From Candidatus Micrarchaeia archaeon (GTDB lineage Archaea; Micrarchaeota; Micrarchaeia; Anstonellales; Anstonellaceae): DNA of 64,000 nucleotides. The notes under the pieces were generated by a model. That model did not search any database and was not told where the DNA came from. It saw nothing but the letters and a program-made list of their open reading frames with translations. The translations under genes were made by a program, and so were the position numbers. This document shows, in pieces, positions 1-7,322 of this stretch (positions are counted from its first letter, which is position 1; every line of letters begins with the position of its first letter). The stretch lies in NCBI GenBank assembly GCA_041665945.1, contig JBAYHU010000002.1:107350-171349 (forward strand), given 5' to 3'.

Positions 1-1
1 C

Positions 2-151
2 GGAAGGCAGCTGATAATCGACAACGTGGGAGTCAACCTCGTATCAAGGAATGGGGAGACTGTGAGCGCGACTTTCACGCCGAAAACAGCAGGGCAGTAC
101 AATTTCCACTGCGGGATGAACATGTTCCGCGGCGTGCTGGTGGCAAGTTGA
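2..151 (+). CDS. cupredoxin-like copper-binding protein, C-terminal fragment (5' end lies outside the window)
   Basis: Frame-2 ORF runs off the left edge. It ends ...TAGQYNFHCGMNMFRGVLVAS with TGA at 149-151. The Tyr/Phe/His/Cys/Met-rich terminal strand resembles the copper-site strand of plastocyanin/halocyanin-type cupredoxins. The call is tentative. Confidence 0.3.
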   Translation, partial: GRQLIIDNVGVNLVSRNGETVSATFTPKTAGQYNFHCGMNMFRGVLVAS

Positions 152-186
152 TAGCAACTTAAACATTGCTGGAAGAAAAGACGGAT

Positions 187-687
187 ATGGAAAATTGGAA
201 GGAAGGGCTTGCGCTTGTATTCGCAAACCGCAAATACTCCGCGCTGTTCGTAGTGCTGTTCGCAGTGCTGACGCCGGTTTACGCCGTGCTGACTGACATC
301 GTAATCCTCTCGCCGCTTGCGCTCAACCCGGGCATCAGGCCACTTGAAACCGCGCTTGTTTTCTGCGTCTCGGTTCTGGCATCGCTTGGATTTACCATAG
401 CCGCTTTCCAGATTTTCGAGGCGCATTCGATTTCGAAAAAAAGCTTGGGCGGAAGCGTGCTTGGGGCTGGCGCGGGCGGGACCGTCCTTGCGACATTTGC
501 ATCCGCCTGCACGGTGTGCCAGCCGATTTGGCTTTTCTGGCTGGGGTTGGGGAGCGCCACGGCTTTCCTTGCGGATTACGGGATTTACATAATGCTTGCC
601 AGCATGGCGATACTCCTGTATTCCATTGATTCCGGATTGGCGGCGATAACGCATGGCTGCGCGGTGAAGCCGAAGAGGAAGCGCTGA
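187..687 (+). CDS. polytopic membrane protein with intramembrane CxxC motif (MerT-like / heavy-metal-handling membrane protein, tentative)
   Basis: The track ORF 166..687 starts at a TTG; the first ATG is at 187 (MENWKEG...). Several hydrophobic helices. GAGAGGTVLATFASACTVCQPIWLF resembles the Gly-rich Cys-containing first helix of MerT/CcdA-type metal or thiol transporters. It lies next to the cupredoxin-like fragment. Confidence 0.5.
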   Translation: MENWKEGLALVFANRKYSALFVVLFAVLTPVYAVLTDIVILSPLALNPGIRPLETALVFCVSVLASLGFTIAAFQIFEAHSISKKSLGGSVLGAGAGGTVLATFASACTVCQPIWLFWLGLGSATAFLADYGIYIMLASMAILLYSIDSGLAAITHGCAVKPKRKR

Positions 688-767
688 ACTGTCAATACCG
701 TATTAACAACATTTATAAATTTAAACTGCCCGAATCAAGCGATAAGCATTACCTCTGAGGCTCGGCT

Positions 768-1889
768 ATGTCCACCAAAAAGGATTACTACGAGATACTG
801 GGCGTTGCGCGCACGGCTACCAAGGACCAGATAAAGGACGCCTACCGCACGCTCGCGCTCAAGTTCCATCCCGACCGCAACAAGGACGCGGGCGCGGAGG
901 ACAGATTCAAGGAGATTTCTGAGGCATATGCCGTGCTGTCGGACAACGAGAAGAGGCAGACATATGACCAGTACGGGCACGCGGGATTCGACCAGCGCTA
1001 TTCGCAGGAGGACATATTCAGGAACGCAAATTTCGAGGACATTTTCCGCGAGTTCGGCTTTGCTGGCGCGGGCGGCTCGCCTTTCGACGACATGTTCGCA
1101 TCCGCGTTTTTCGGAGGGACGCCTCGAAGGCAGGTTGGCAGGGGGGCGGATTTGAGATACGACCTGCACATCTCGCTTGAGGAAGCCGCAAAGGGGCTTA
1201 CGCATGAAATCGCGTACAAGCGCAACCGCGCGTGCGAACGCTGCAACGGAAGCGGCGCGGAGCCGGGAAGCAAGGTCGCCACATGCAAGGCGTGCGGGGG
1301 CAGGGGGCAGGTTCGCCAAAGCAGGTCGCTTGGCGCGTTCGGAAGCTTCACAAGCGTGGTCACCTGCCCGCAATGCGCTGGCAACGGCAGGCGGCCGGAG
1401 AAAGCGTGCAAGGATTGCAAAGGGAGCGGCTCGCAGATTTACGATGAAAAGCTCGAGGTGGAAATACCCGCGGGCGTGGACACCGGCTCGCGGCTGCGCG
1501 TGGCCGGAATGGGCGAGCGCGGCCCCGCGGCAAGCGGCGACCTTTACGTTTTTGTCATGGTGAAGGAGCACCAGCTCTTCAAGCGGGAAGGGGACGACAT
1601 CCACCTTGAGACGCCAATCAGCTTTTCGCAGGCCGCGCTTGGCGCGGAAATAGAACTGCCCACTCTTTCGGGCAAGGCGAAGCTCAAGATTCCGGCAGGC
1701 ACGCAGACCGGCGCAATCTTCCGCCTGAAAGGAGAGGGCATGCCCCGCGTCCAATACAGCAGCAAGGGGGATCTGTTCGTGCACATCGTCGTCAGGACGC
1801 CCACCAACCTGTCCGACAAGCAGAAGAAAATTCTGTCGGACTTGGGCGACACTCCGAAGAAAGGCTTCTTTGATGGGATGTTTAGATGA
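768..1889 (+). CDS. dnaJ: molecular chaperone DnaJ (Hsp40)
   Basis: J-domain KDYYEILGV...HPDRN with HPD motif. Gly/Phe-rich linker. Four CxxCxGxG zinc-finger repeats. C-terminal substrate-binding domains. Confidence 0.95.
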   Translation: MSTKKDYYEILGVARTATKDQIKDAYRTLALKFHPDRNKDAGAEDRFKEISEAYAVLSDNEKRQTYDQYGHAGFDQRYSQEDIFRNANFEDIFREFGFAGAGGSPFDDMFASAFFGGTPRRQVGRGADLRYDLHISLEEAAKGLTHEIAYKRNRACERCNGSGAEPGSKVATCKACGGRGQVRQSRSLGAFGSFTSVVTCPQCAGNGRRPEKACKDCKGSGSQIYDEKLEVEIPAGVDTGSRLRVAGMGERGPAASGDLYVFVMVKEHQLFKREGDDIHLETPISFSQAALGAEIELPTLSGKAKLKIPAGTQTGAIFRLKGEGMPRVQYSSKGDLFVHIVVRTPTNLSDKQKKILSDLGDTPKKGFFDGMFR

Positions 1890-2124
1890 GCGAAGCGAAT
1901 CTAAACAGACAAGCATCCGTAGATGCTTGGATGTTCCGCTGAGTCGCAACGAAGCGGAACAGACAGCACGAAGCGCTGGATGTTTAGGTGAGTCAGACGA
2001 ACCTAAACAGATGACAATGCCGCAGCATTGGCGGATGTTCAGGTGAGCGAAGCGAATCTAAACAGACAGTGCCCGCAGGCACTGGATGTTCAGGTGAGCG
2101 TTTTGCAAAGCCGCAACTTTGCAA
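1876..2124 (+). repeat. tandem array of about 4.5 units (49-55 bp), each with two stem-loops and an ATG-TTY-Arg-TGA mini-ORF; ends in a TTGCAAAG/CTTTGCAA hairpin
   Basis: Units start at 1876, 1929, 1978, 2033 and 2084 with the conserved core GGATGTTyAGrTGAGCGAAGCGAAyCTAAACAGACA. The first stem shows compensatory change (GTTTAGAT/ATCTAAAC versus GTTCCGCT/AGCGGAAC). The second hairpin is variable but palindromic (AAGCATCcgtaGATGCTT, CAATGCcgcaGCATTG, AGTGCCcgcAGGCACT). Unit 1 overlaps the dnaJ stop codon. Confidence 0.8.
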
Positions 2125-2130
2125 GTTAGT

Positions 2131-2160
2131 GTTAAAAAATGGGAAAGTATATATACTACT
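2131..2160 (+). promoter_or_regulatory. archaeal TATA/BRE promoter for the leaderless gene starting at 2178
   Basis: AT-rich aaaaaatgggaaagtatatatactact with TATA-like gtatatata about 25 nt upstream of ATG 2178. Confidence 0.4.
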
Positions 2161-2177
2161 AGTTGCACATCAGCATC

Positions 2178-2843
2178 ATGCCCCAAGCCTCCCTGCTTTA
2201 CCGGAAAGGCTCCAGCCTACTGGTCAAGGACGGCTTTGACTGGGCCAACCCATTGAAATCGAAGATTAAAGGGCCGCTTATCCTGCATGGCACATCCAGC
2301 CTTCTCTTGGAAAACATAATGAAGCGTGGTTTGGACCGCAGGGTGCCCCTGCTTACTGCTGAAGAAAGAAAGGTTCTGGAGACTCCGCTTTCCAAAAGCC
2401 CAGTAATTCTGAACCAGAAGAGCATCTCGACCGGGAATGTCGAGCGGATAAGCCTGACATATTCGACTGGCATTGCAATATGCCATGCGAGAAAAGGGCC
2501 GGAAATATTCGAGCGCATAATGATGGCGTTTAAGTCCGGGCAAATGCCGGATTTGCCCGAATTCAGGAGCATATTTGAGAAACTTCAGGGATTTCTAGCT
2601 GGGCACAAGCCAGTTGTGCTGTTCATCGATTCCGTTAAGCTTGGCGCAAGCCGCCCGGAGGCTGACGCACCAGATACCCCCGTACTCCTCAGAAATCTTG
2701 GAAAGGATGGCTGGAGCAAATCGCAGATTCTGGAATTCATCGCGCGGGAGAAGAACCATTATTGCATAGAGCAGGATATCGCCGGAGTTCCGCCCGAAGC
2801 GATTGTGGCGGCAGAAAACGTGGAAAGATTTGCCATGAAATGA
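2178..2843 (+). CDS. hypothetical protein (GC lower than flanking genes)
   Basis: The track ORF 2163..2843 begins at a TTG; the ATG at 2178 (MPQASLLYRKG...) sits a leaderless distance from the TATA box. No recognisable motif. GC about 50% against about 58% around it. Confidence 0.6.
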   Translation: MPQASLLYRKGSSLLVKDGFDWANPLKSKIKGPLILHGTSSLLLENIMKRGLDRRVPLLTAEERKVLETPLSKSPVILNQKSISTGNVERISLTYSTGIAICHARKGPEIFERIMMAFKSGQMPDLPEFRSIFEKLQGFLAGHKPVVLFIDSVKLGASRPEADAPDTPVLLRNLGKDGWSKSQILEFIAREKNHYCIEQDIAGVPPEAIVAAENVERFAMK

Positions 2844-2888
2844 CGGCAGCAGGCACTTTGGCAAAAGAGAACTCTTTTTTATCCTTGC

Positions 2889-4508
2889 ATGCAAATCCAG
2901 CTCATGCCTGAAAACAAAACAGACGACGAAACAAAGAAATCCCTCCACTGGTCCGAGCAGCTTGCGCAGCAGATAATCGCCGAGAAGAACAAGCCATACG
3001 TGATTTCAGGCGGGCTTACCACTTCGGGGCCCACTCATTTGGGCACTGTTTGCGAATTCCTCTTCCCGCAGGCGATTGTGGACGCGCTGCGCTATTTGGG
3101 GGATGAGGCGAAATACTATTTTGTTGCGGACATTGCCGACTCGTTTGACGGAGTGCCATCTGCATTCGAGCAATACAAAGCCGTTCTTGAGCCGCACCTT
3201 GGGAAACCGCTTACTGACGTTCCGGACCCGACAGGGACAACCGCCTCGTTCGGCGATTACTTCCTTGCGGACGCGAAAGCGGCGATGGACAAGTTCGGCG
3301 TGAAGCCGGAAATAATCAGGGCAACTGACCTTTATGCAAAAGGGGCATTTGACAAATATGCGATTCTGTTTTTGAAAGAAGAAGCGCAGGTGCGCGAGAT
3401 TGTCGCAAAGTCCTCGCTTCGCGAGAAATTGCCGGACTGGTGGAGCCCGATAATGCCGACCTGCGGAAAATGCGGCAGGAACGCCACCACGCACGTGCTC
3501 AGGCACAGCGCGATGAAGGGAACCGAGAGGCTGGAGAGCAACAGCGGCGATGACATTGAATACGAATACGCTTGCGACCGCGATGTGAAATACACCAAGG
3601 GCTGCGGGCATGTTGGCAGGAACAAGATATCCGACCACAAGTACAAGCTCACTTGGAGGTTGCACTGGCCGGCATGGCAGGACCACTTCAACACCACCGC
3701 GGAGGGAGGGGGCGTGGACCACTTCACGCGCGGCGGGAGCAGGGACACGCTTGAGGTTGTTTTCAGGGACATTTTCAACAAGTCCCCGTCAATCGGCTAC
3801 AAGTTCGGGTTCATACTTTTCGAGGGAAAGAAATATTCCAAGTCAAAGGGGACGGGAATGGGCGTCTCCGAACTGATGGAGCTTCTCCCGCCCGAAGTGA
3901 TGAAGTACATGCTTCTCAAGCCGGACTTGCAGGAGAACATAGATATCGTGCCGACGGGCGTGAATCTTCTTAGGACGATTGATGATTATGAAAAGGCGAT
4001 AGTTCTTCTTGCGTCCGGCAAGATGGATGAGCTGACGCGCGCGGACCACAAGCGCGTGATGGCTGCGCGGCTCGCATCCGAGTCCGCGCAGATGGGGCGC
4101 GGCTGGAAGACGCCGTTCCTTGACCTTATACTGTACAGGAATTTGCAGTGGAGCTGGGAGAAAATCGCCGAGAAGACCGGCGATGCCGCGGCAGTGCAGA
4201 AGCTCTCGCCCTATCTTGAGGCATGGGAAAGGAGGAATTTCGTCCCCGAGGAATACGCGTTTGCCTACAAGCCGCAGAAAACGGCAGAAGGAAGCGCGGC
4301 TCGCGCGTTTTTCAGCAAGCTGAACGCATCCATGCCCGCGCTTGAAATCCACAACCTCGCTTTTGCGACTGCGAAGGAGATGAACGTCCCTCCTGCGCAG
4401 ATGTTCACCGAATGCTACACTGCGCTTCTTTCAAAGCCGAAGGGACCGAAGCTTGGCAAGCTGATTGAGGCGATGGGCGTTGAAAAAGTGAAGTCAGATG
4501 TCCTCTAA
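2889..4508 (+). CDS. lysK: class I lysyl-tRNA synthetase (archaeal type)
   Basis: HIGH-region variant (TSGPTHLGTVCEF) and KMSKS motif (KYSKSKGTG). Length of about 540 aa and the Zn-binding Cys cluster (CGKCGR...C) are typical of class I LysRS. Confidence 0.7.
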   Translation: MQIQLMPENKTDDETKKSLHWSEQLAQQIIAEKNKPYVISGGLTTSGPTHLGTVCEFLFPQAIVDALRYLGDEAKYYFVADIADSFDGVPSAFEQYKAVLEPHLGKPLTDVPDPTGTTASFGDYFLADAKAAMDKFGVKPEIIRATDLYAKGAFDKYAILFLKEEAQVREIVAKSSLREKLPDWWSPIMPTCGKCGRNATTHVLRHSAMKGTERLESNSGDDIEYEYACDRDVKYTKGCGHVGRNKISDHKYKLTWRLHWPAWQDHFNTTAEGGGVDHFTRGGSRDTLEVVFRDIFNKSPSIGYKFGFILFEGKKYSKSKGTGMGVSELMELLPPEVMKYMLLKPDLQENIDIVPTGVNLLRTIDDYEKAIVLLASGKMDELTRADHKRVMAARLASESAQMGRGWKTPFLDLILYRNLQWSWEKIAEKTGDAAAVQKLSPYLEAWERRNFVPEEYAFAYKPQKTAEGSAARAFFSKLNASMPALEIHNLAFATAKEMNVPPAQMFTECYTALLSKPKGPKLGKLIEAMGVEKVKSDVL

Positions 4509-5412
4509 AATTCGCGAAACAAACAAGAAATACTATTCATCCAAAGGCAAGAAGATTTACTCCGACTTCTCCACGTTCGCGCAGGGGAAAACGCTTGCGA
4601 AATGCAACGCGCTTGAGTTCGTGCGCGACTTTTCCGCAAGCAAATCCCCGCGGGTGGTGGTTTGCGAATACGGGATTGGCAGGGGAGACTTTGCCAAGAA
4701 TTTTCTTGACGAAGTGAAGAAGCTTGACAGGAAGCTGTATGCGAGGACAAGGTATTACCTGTTCGACTTTTCGGAAAAGATGATTGATGATGCGCGCGAG
4801 AACCTCGCCTCGCACGGGGCGGTTTGCGTTTTCGGGAAGTTCGATGCGGCGGCAGAGCAGCCGTTTTTGCAATTCGATTATTGCAGGATAAACGAGCTTC
4901 TGACCGATTTGCCGACGCTGGTTTGCCAGCTCAACAACGGAACCCTTCGCGAACTGGGAGGGAAGCCGATTGGGGATGCGTCGCCTTTTGTCGTCGAATT
5001 CCTCAAGCGCGTGGAGGACGGCAGGGCAATGCCGTTCAATTTCATTGGCGCGGAATTCCTCGCGAAGCTTTGCGCTTGCGGAAAGAAGAGCTTCAGGATT
5101 GACGTTTTCGATTACGGGTTTTATTCCTCAGATGAAGTGTTCGAGCATCCGGTTGATGAATGGAACAGGCTCATGGTGAGGGATTACGGCGGGCAGCTCA
5201 CGACGGATTTGAACGTTCCGTTCGTGCTCGCCCACCTTTCAGCCGCAGGCATAATCGCGAAAGCGGAGAAGCAGAAGGAATACTGCGAAAAAGTGCTTGG
5301 GAAAAAGCTTGCTCTTGCGGAACTGAAAAGCGGGCTGGACTACGTGCCTGTGAAAAAGGGCGACGCGATTTCGGAGGACGACGGGTTTTATCATTTGCGG
5401 CTGGGGAAGTAG
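4498..5412 (+). CDS. hypothetical protein, possible Rossmann/SAM-methyltransferase-fold
   Basis: VVVCEYGIGRGDF resembles methyltransferase motif I and YLFDFSEKMIDDA resembles motif II. The call is weak. It overlaps the lysK stop by 11 nt, suggesting co-transcription. Confidence 0.5.
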   Translation: MSSKIRETNKKYYSSKGKKIYSDFSTFAQGKTLAKCNALEFVRDFSASKSPRVVVCEYGIGRGDFAKNFLDEVKKLDRKLYARTRYYLFDFSEKMIDDARENLASHGAVCVFGKFDAAAEQPFLQFDYCRINELLTDLPTLVCQLNNGTLRELGGKPIGDASPFVVEFLKRVEDGRAMPFNFIGAEFLAKLCACGKKSFRIDVFDYGFYSSDEVFEHPVDEWNRLMVRDYGGQLTTDLNVPFVLAHLSAAGIIAKAEKQKEYCEKVLGKKLALAELKSGLDYVPVKKGDAISEDDGFYHLRLGK

Positions 5413-5413
5413 C

Positions 5414-5716
5414 ATGGAATTCACGCCCAAGCAAAAGGAGAAACTGGCAAAACTTACGCCGTTCCAGAGGGCAGTCCTTTTGGAGTGCGCGAAAATCCAG
5501 AAAGGCAAGACAAGGACATATGCGCAGATTGCAAAAGCCATAGGCAAGCCCAAGGCAGTGCGCGCAGTTGGCAATGCGCTTGGGAAGAATCCGCTTGCGC
5601 CGCTCATCCCCTGCCACAGGGTAGTAAAGTCAGATGGCAGCGTGGGCGGATACTCCGCAAAGGGCGGAAGCAGGAAAAAGACGCAGCTTCTGATGCGCGA
5701 GCGCACGAAGATTTAA
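5414..5716 (+). CDS. ogt: methylated-DNA--protein-cysteine methyltransferase (Ogt/MGMT), DNA-binding catalytic domain only
   Basis: Active-site PCHRVV with helix-turn-helix (TYAQIAKAIGKPKAVRAVGNA). About 100 aa, i.e. a stand-alone C-terminal MGMT domain. Confidence 0.8.
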   Translation: MEFTPKQKEKLAKLTPFQRAVLLECAKIQKGKTRTYAQIAKAIGKPKAVRAVGNALGKNPLAPLIPCHRVVKSDGSVGGYSAKGGSRKKTQLLMRERTKI

Positions 5717-5742
5717 AACCACACCTATAGATATTTTTACAC

Positions 5743-6585
5743 ATGCTTGCAGCGCCCAAAACAGTGCACCCCCCATTCCTGAAACTGGATAATCGCGAGA
5801 AGAAGGCACTGTTTGTATACGAGTTTGATAAGTATCACCAGTATAAGATAAATATTGAATGCTACTCTGGGGAGTTTTATCGCTTGAAATTTCCCGGCGT
5901 GACGGCATTCGCCCAGGCGCCGTCCATAAAAGAGAATATTGTTCGCATACTCCCGTTGATTGGGGAGATAAACCGGAACCTTCCACAAAATTCAAGGACA
6001 AACTTGCTCGTTTTTTACAGTGCGCCCGGAGTGTTCATGACAGAACTTTCGTATAACAAAGAGTTCCGTTGCATCTATGGGTTCGAAGAAGCATTGGAAT
6101 TTTCGGACTATTCCCGCCCGGCCATTTTTCATGAGCAGGCCCACGCCGCCTATTGGCACCTCGTTGTGCCCTCCCAAGAGAATCTGGTATCCTTGAATCA
6201 GCTGTACCGGAGATTCCATGCCGCGTTATTTGTTCCGTATGATAAATGCGCCCTTGTGCAGATGCTTTCGGAAAACAGCTATGCGAACATTCGGGACTAC
6301 AACGAGCTGTTCGGGCATCCATATACCAACTTAAATGAGAATTTTGCAAGCAATGAACTTTTTGCAAGCACTTCCACCATCCTGAGGTTTTTCCACTTGG
6401 AATTCTTTGGCCGGCTTGCCAGGAAAGACAAAGACGTTTCTGGCCTGCTTTATGAAATAGCGGCCGGAGTTGTGCAGGCGTGGGGCAGCGCCAAAATTTT
6501 TGCGGATGAAGTCTACTGGAAGCTCGGCCTTCCGGTTCCTGCTGGAAAGGAGTCGCTTCTTCTGAAAGAACGCAGGAACATTTAA
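5743..6585 (+). CDS. hypothetical protein with HExxH zinc-metallopeptidase-like motif
   Basis: FHEQAHAAYWH (HExxH with a downstream His). GC visibly lower than neighbours. No other recognisable domain. Confidence 0.45.
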   Translation: MLAAPKTVHPPFLKLDNREKKALFVYEFDKYHQYKINIECYSGEFYRLKFPGVTAFAQAPSIKENIVRILPLIGEINRNLPQNSRTNLLVFYSAPGVFMTELSYNKEFRCIYGFEEALEFSDYSRPAIFHEQAHAAYWHLVVPSQENLVSLNQLYRRFHAALFVPYDKCALVQMLSENSYANIRDYNELFGHPYTNLNENFASNELFASTSTILRFFHLEFFGRLARKDKDVSGLLYEIAAGVVQAWGSAKIFADEVYWKLGLPVPAGKESLLLKERRNI

Positions 6586-6775
6586 ATACACTTATATACA
6601 CTTAATTGACTTGCGTGGGAGATAAATTATTAAACAGGAAAGGAATATCTCAGGCACTCTCTTACTACAGGTTCCGCGTTTCCGCGCTGTGCGGGCGGTG
6701 CCAAAAGGGTGTTTACTGCCCAATTTCGCTCGCGCGAAATGGGCGTGAACTTCGGGAGTTCACTGAGGTGTCATT

Positions 6776-7309
6776 ATGGGATTAAGACCAGCAAGAACTT
6801 GCAGAACGCTTGAAAAGGCCGCGTGGGCGAGATACTCGAAGAAGAAGCCCCGCAAGAGCTTCGTCAAGGCGCTTCCCCACCTGTCGCTTCTCGTATACGA
6901 GATGGGCAACCAGAAGCAGCACTTCGACTTCGTGTTCAACTTCGTGGCAAAGCACGACGTGCAGCTGCGCGACAACACGCTCGAGGCGGCAAGGCAGGCG
7001 GCGAATAGGTACCTCGAAAAGGTCATCCCCAACTTGTATTTCTTCAAGGTGCGCGTGTTTCCCCACAACGTCATCAGGGAAAACCGCATGATTGCGGGCG
7101 CAGGCGCCGACCGTCTGCAGAAGGGAATGAGGCAGGCATACGGAAGGCCGATGGACCGCGCGGCGAGAGTGCACGCGGAACAGCCGGTGTTCACGGTTTA
7201 CGTCGCGAAGGAGAATACCTCGCACATCGCTGAGGCGTTCAGAAGGGCGCGGCGCAAGATGTCCGGCAAATACACGATTGTTCAAAGCGAATACAAGATG
7301 AGAAAGTAG
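6776..7309 (+). CDS. rpl10e: 50S ribosomal protein L10e (uL16)
   Basis: N-terminal MGLRPARTCR...YSKKKPRKSF matches archaeal/eukaryotic L10e. SD gaggtg lies 6 nt upstream. Confidence 0.9.
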   Translation: MGLRPARTCRTLEKAAWARYSKKKPRKSFVKALPHLSLLVYEMGNQKQHFDFVFNFVAKHDVQLRDNTLEAARQAANRYLEKVIPNLYFFKVRVFPHNVIRENRMIAGAGADRLQKGMRQAYGRPMDRAARVHAEQPVFTVYVAKENTSHIAEAFRRARRKMSGKYTIVQSEYKMRK

Positions 7310-7322
7310 GGAGGGCAGCATT

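Noticed and set aside
735-1949. 404-aa minus-strand ORF antisense to dnaJ, and similar long antisense ORFs (6782..8152, 8700..9791, 3006..3722, 16575..17039, 62130..62896)
   Set aside because: Shadow ORFs typical of GC-rich coding DNA. The opposite strand carries genes with clear family signatures. The antisense translations are low-complexity and Arg/Ala/Pro-rich.
1876-2124. Possible CRISPR array downstream of dnaJ
   Set aside because: The conserved part is the long segment (about 36 bp) and the variable parts are only 13-19 bp and are themselves palindromes. Units abut without unique spacers of CRISPR size, and no cas genes are nearby.
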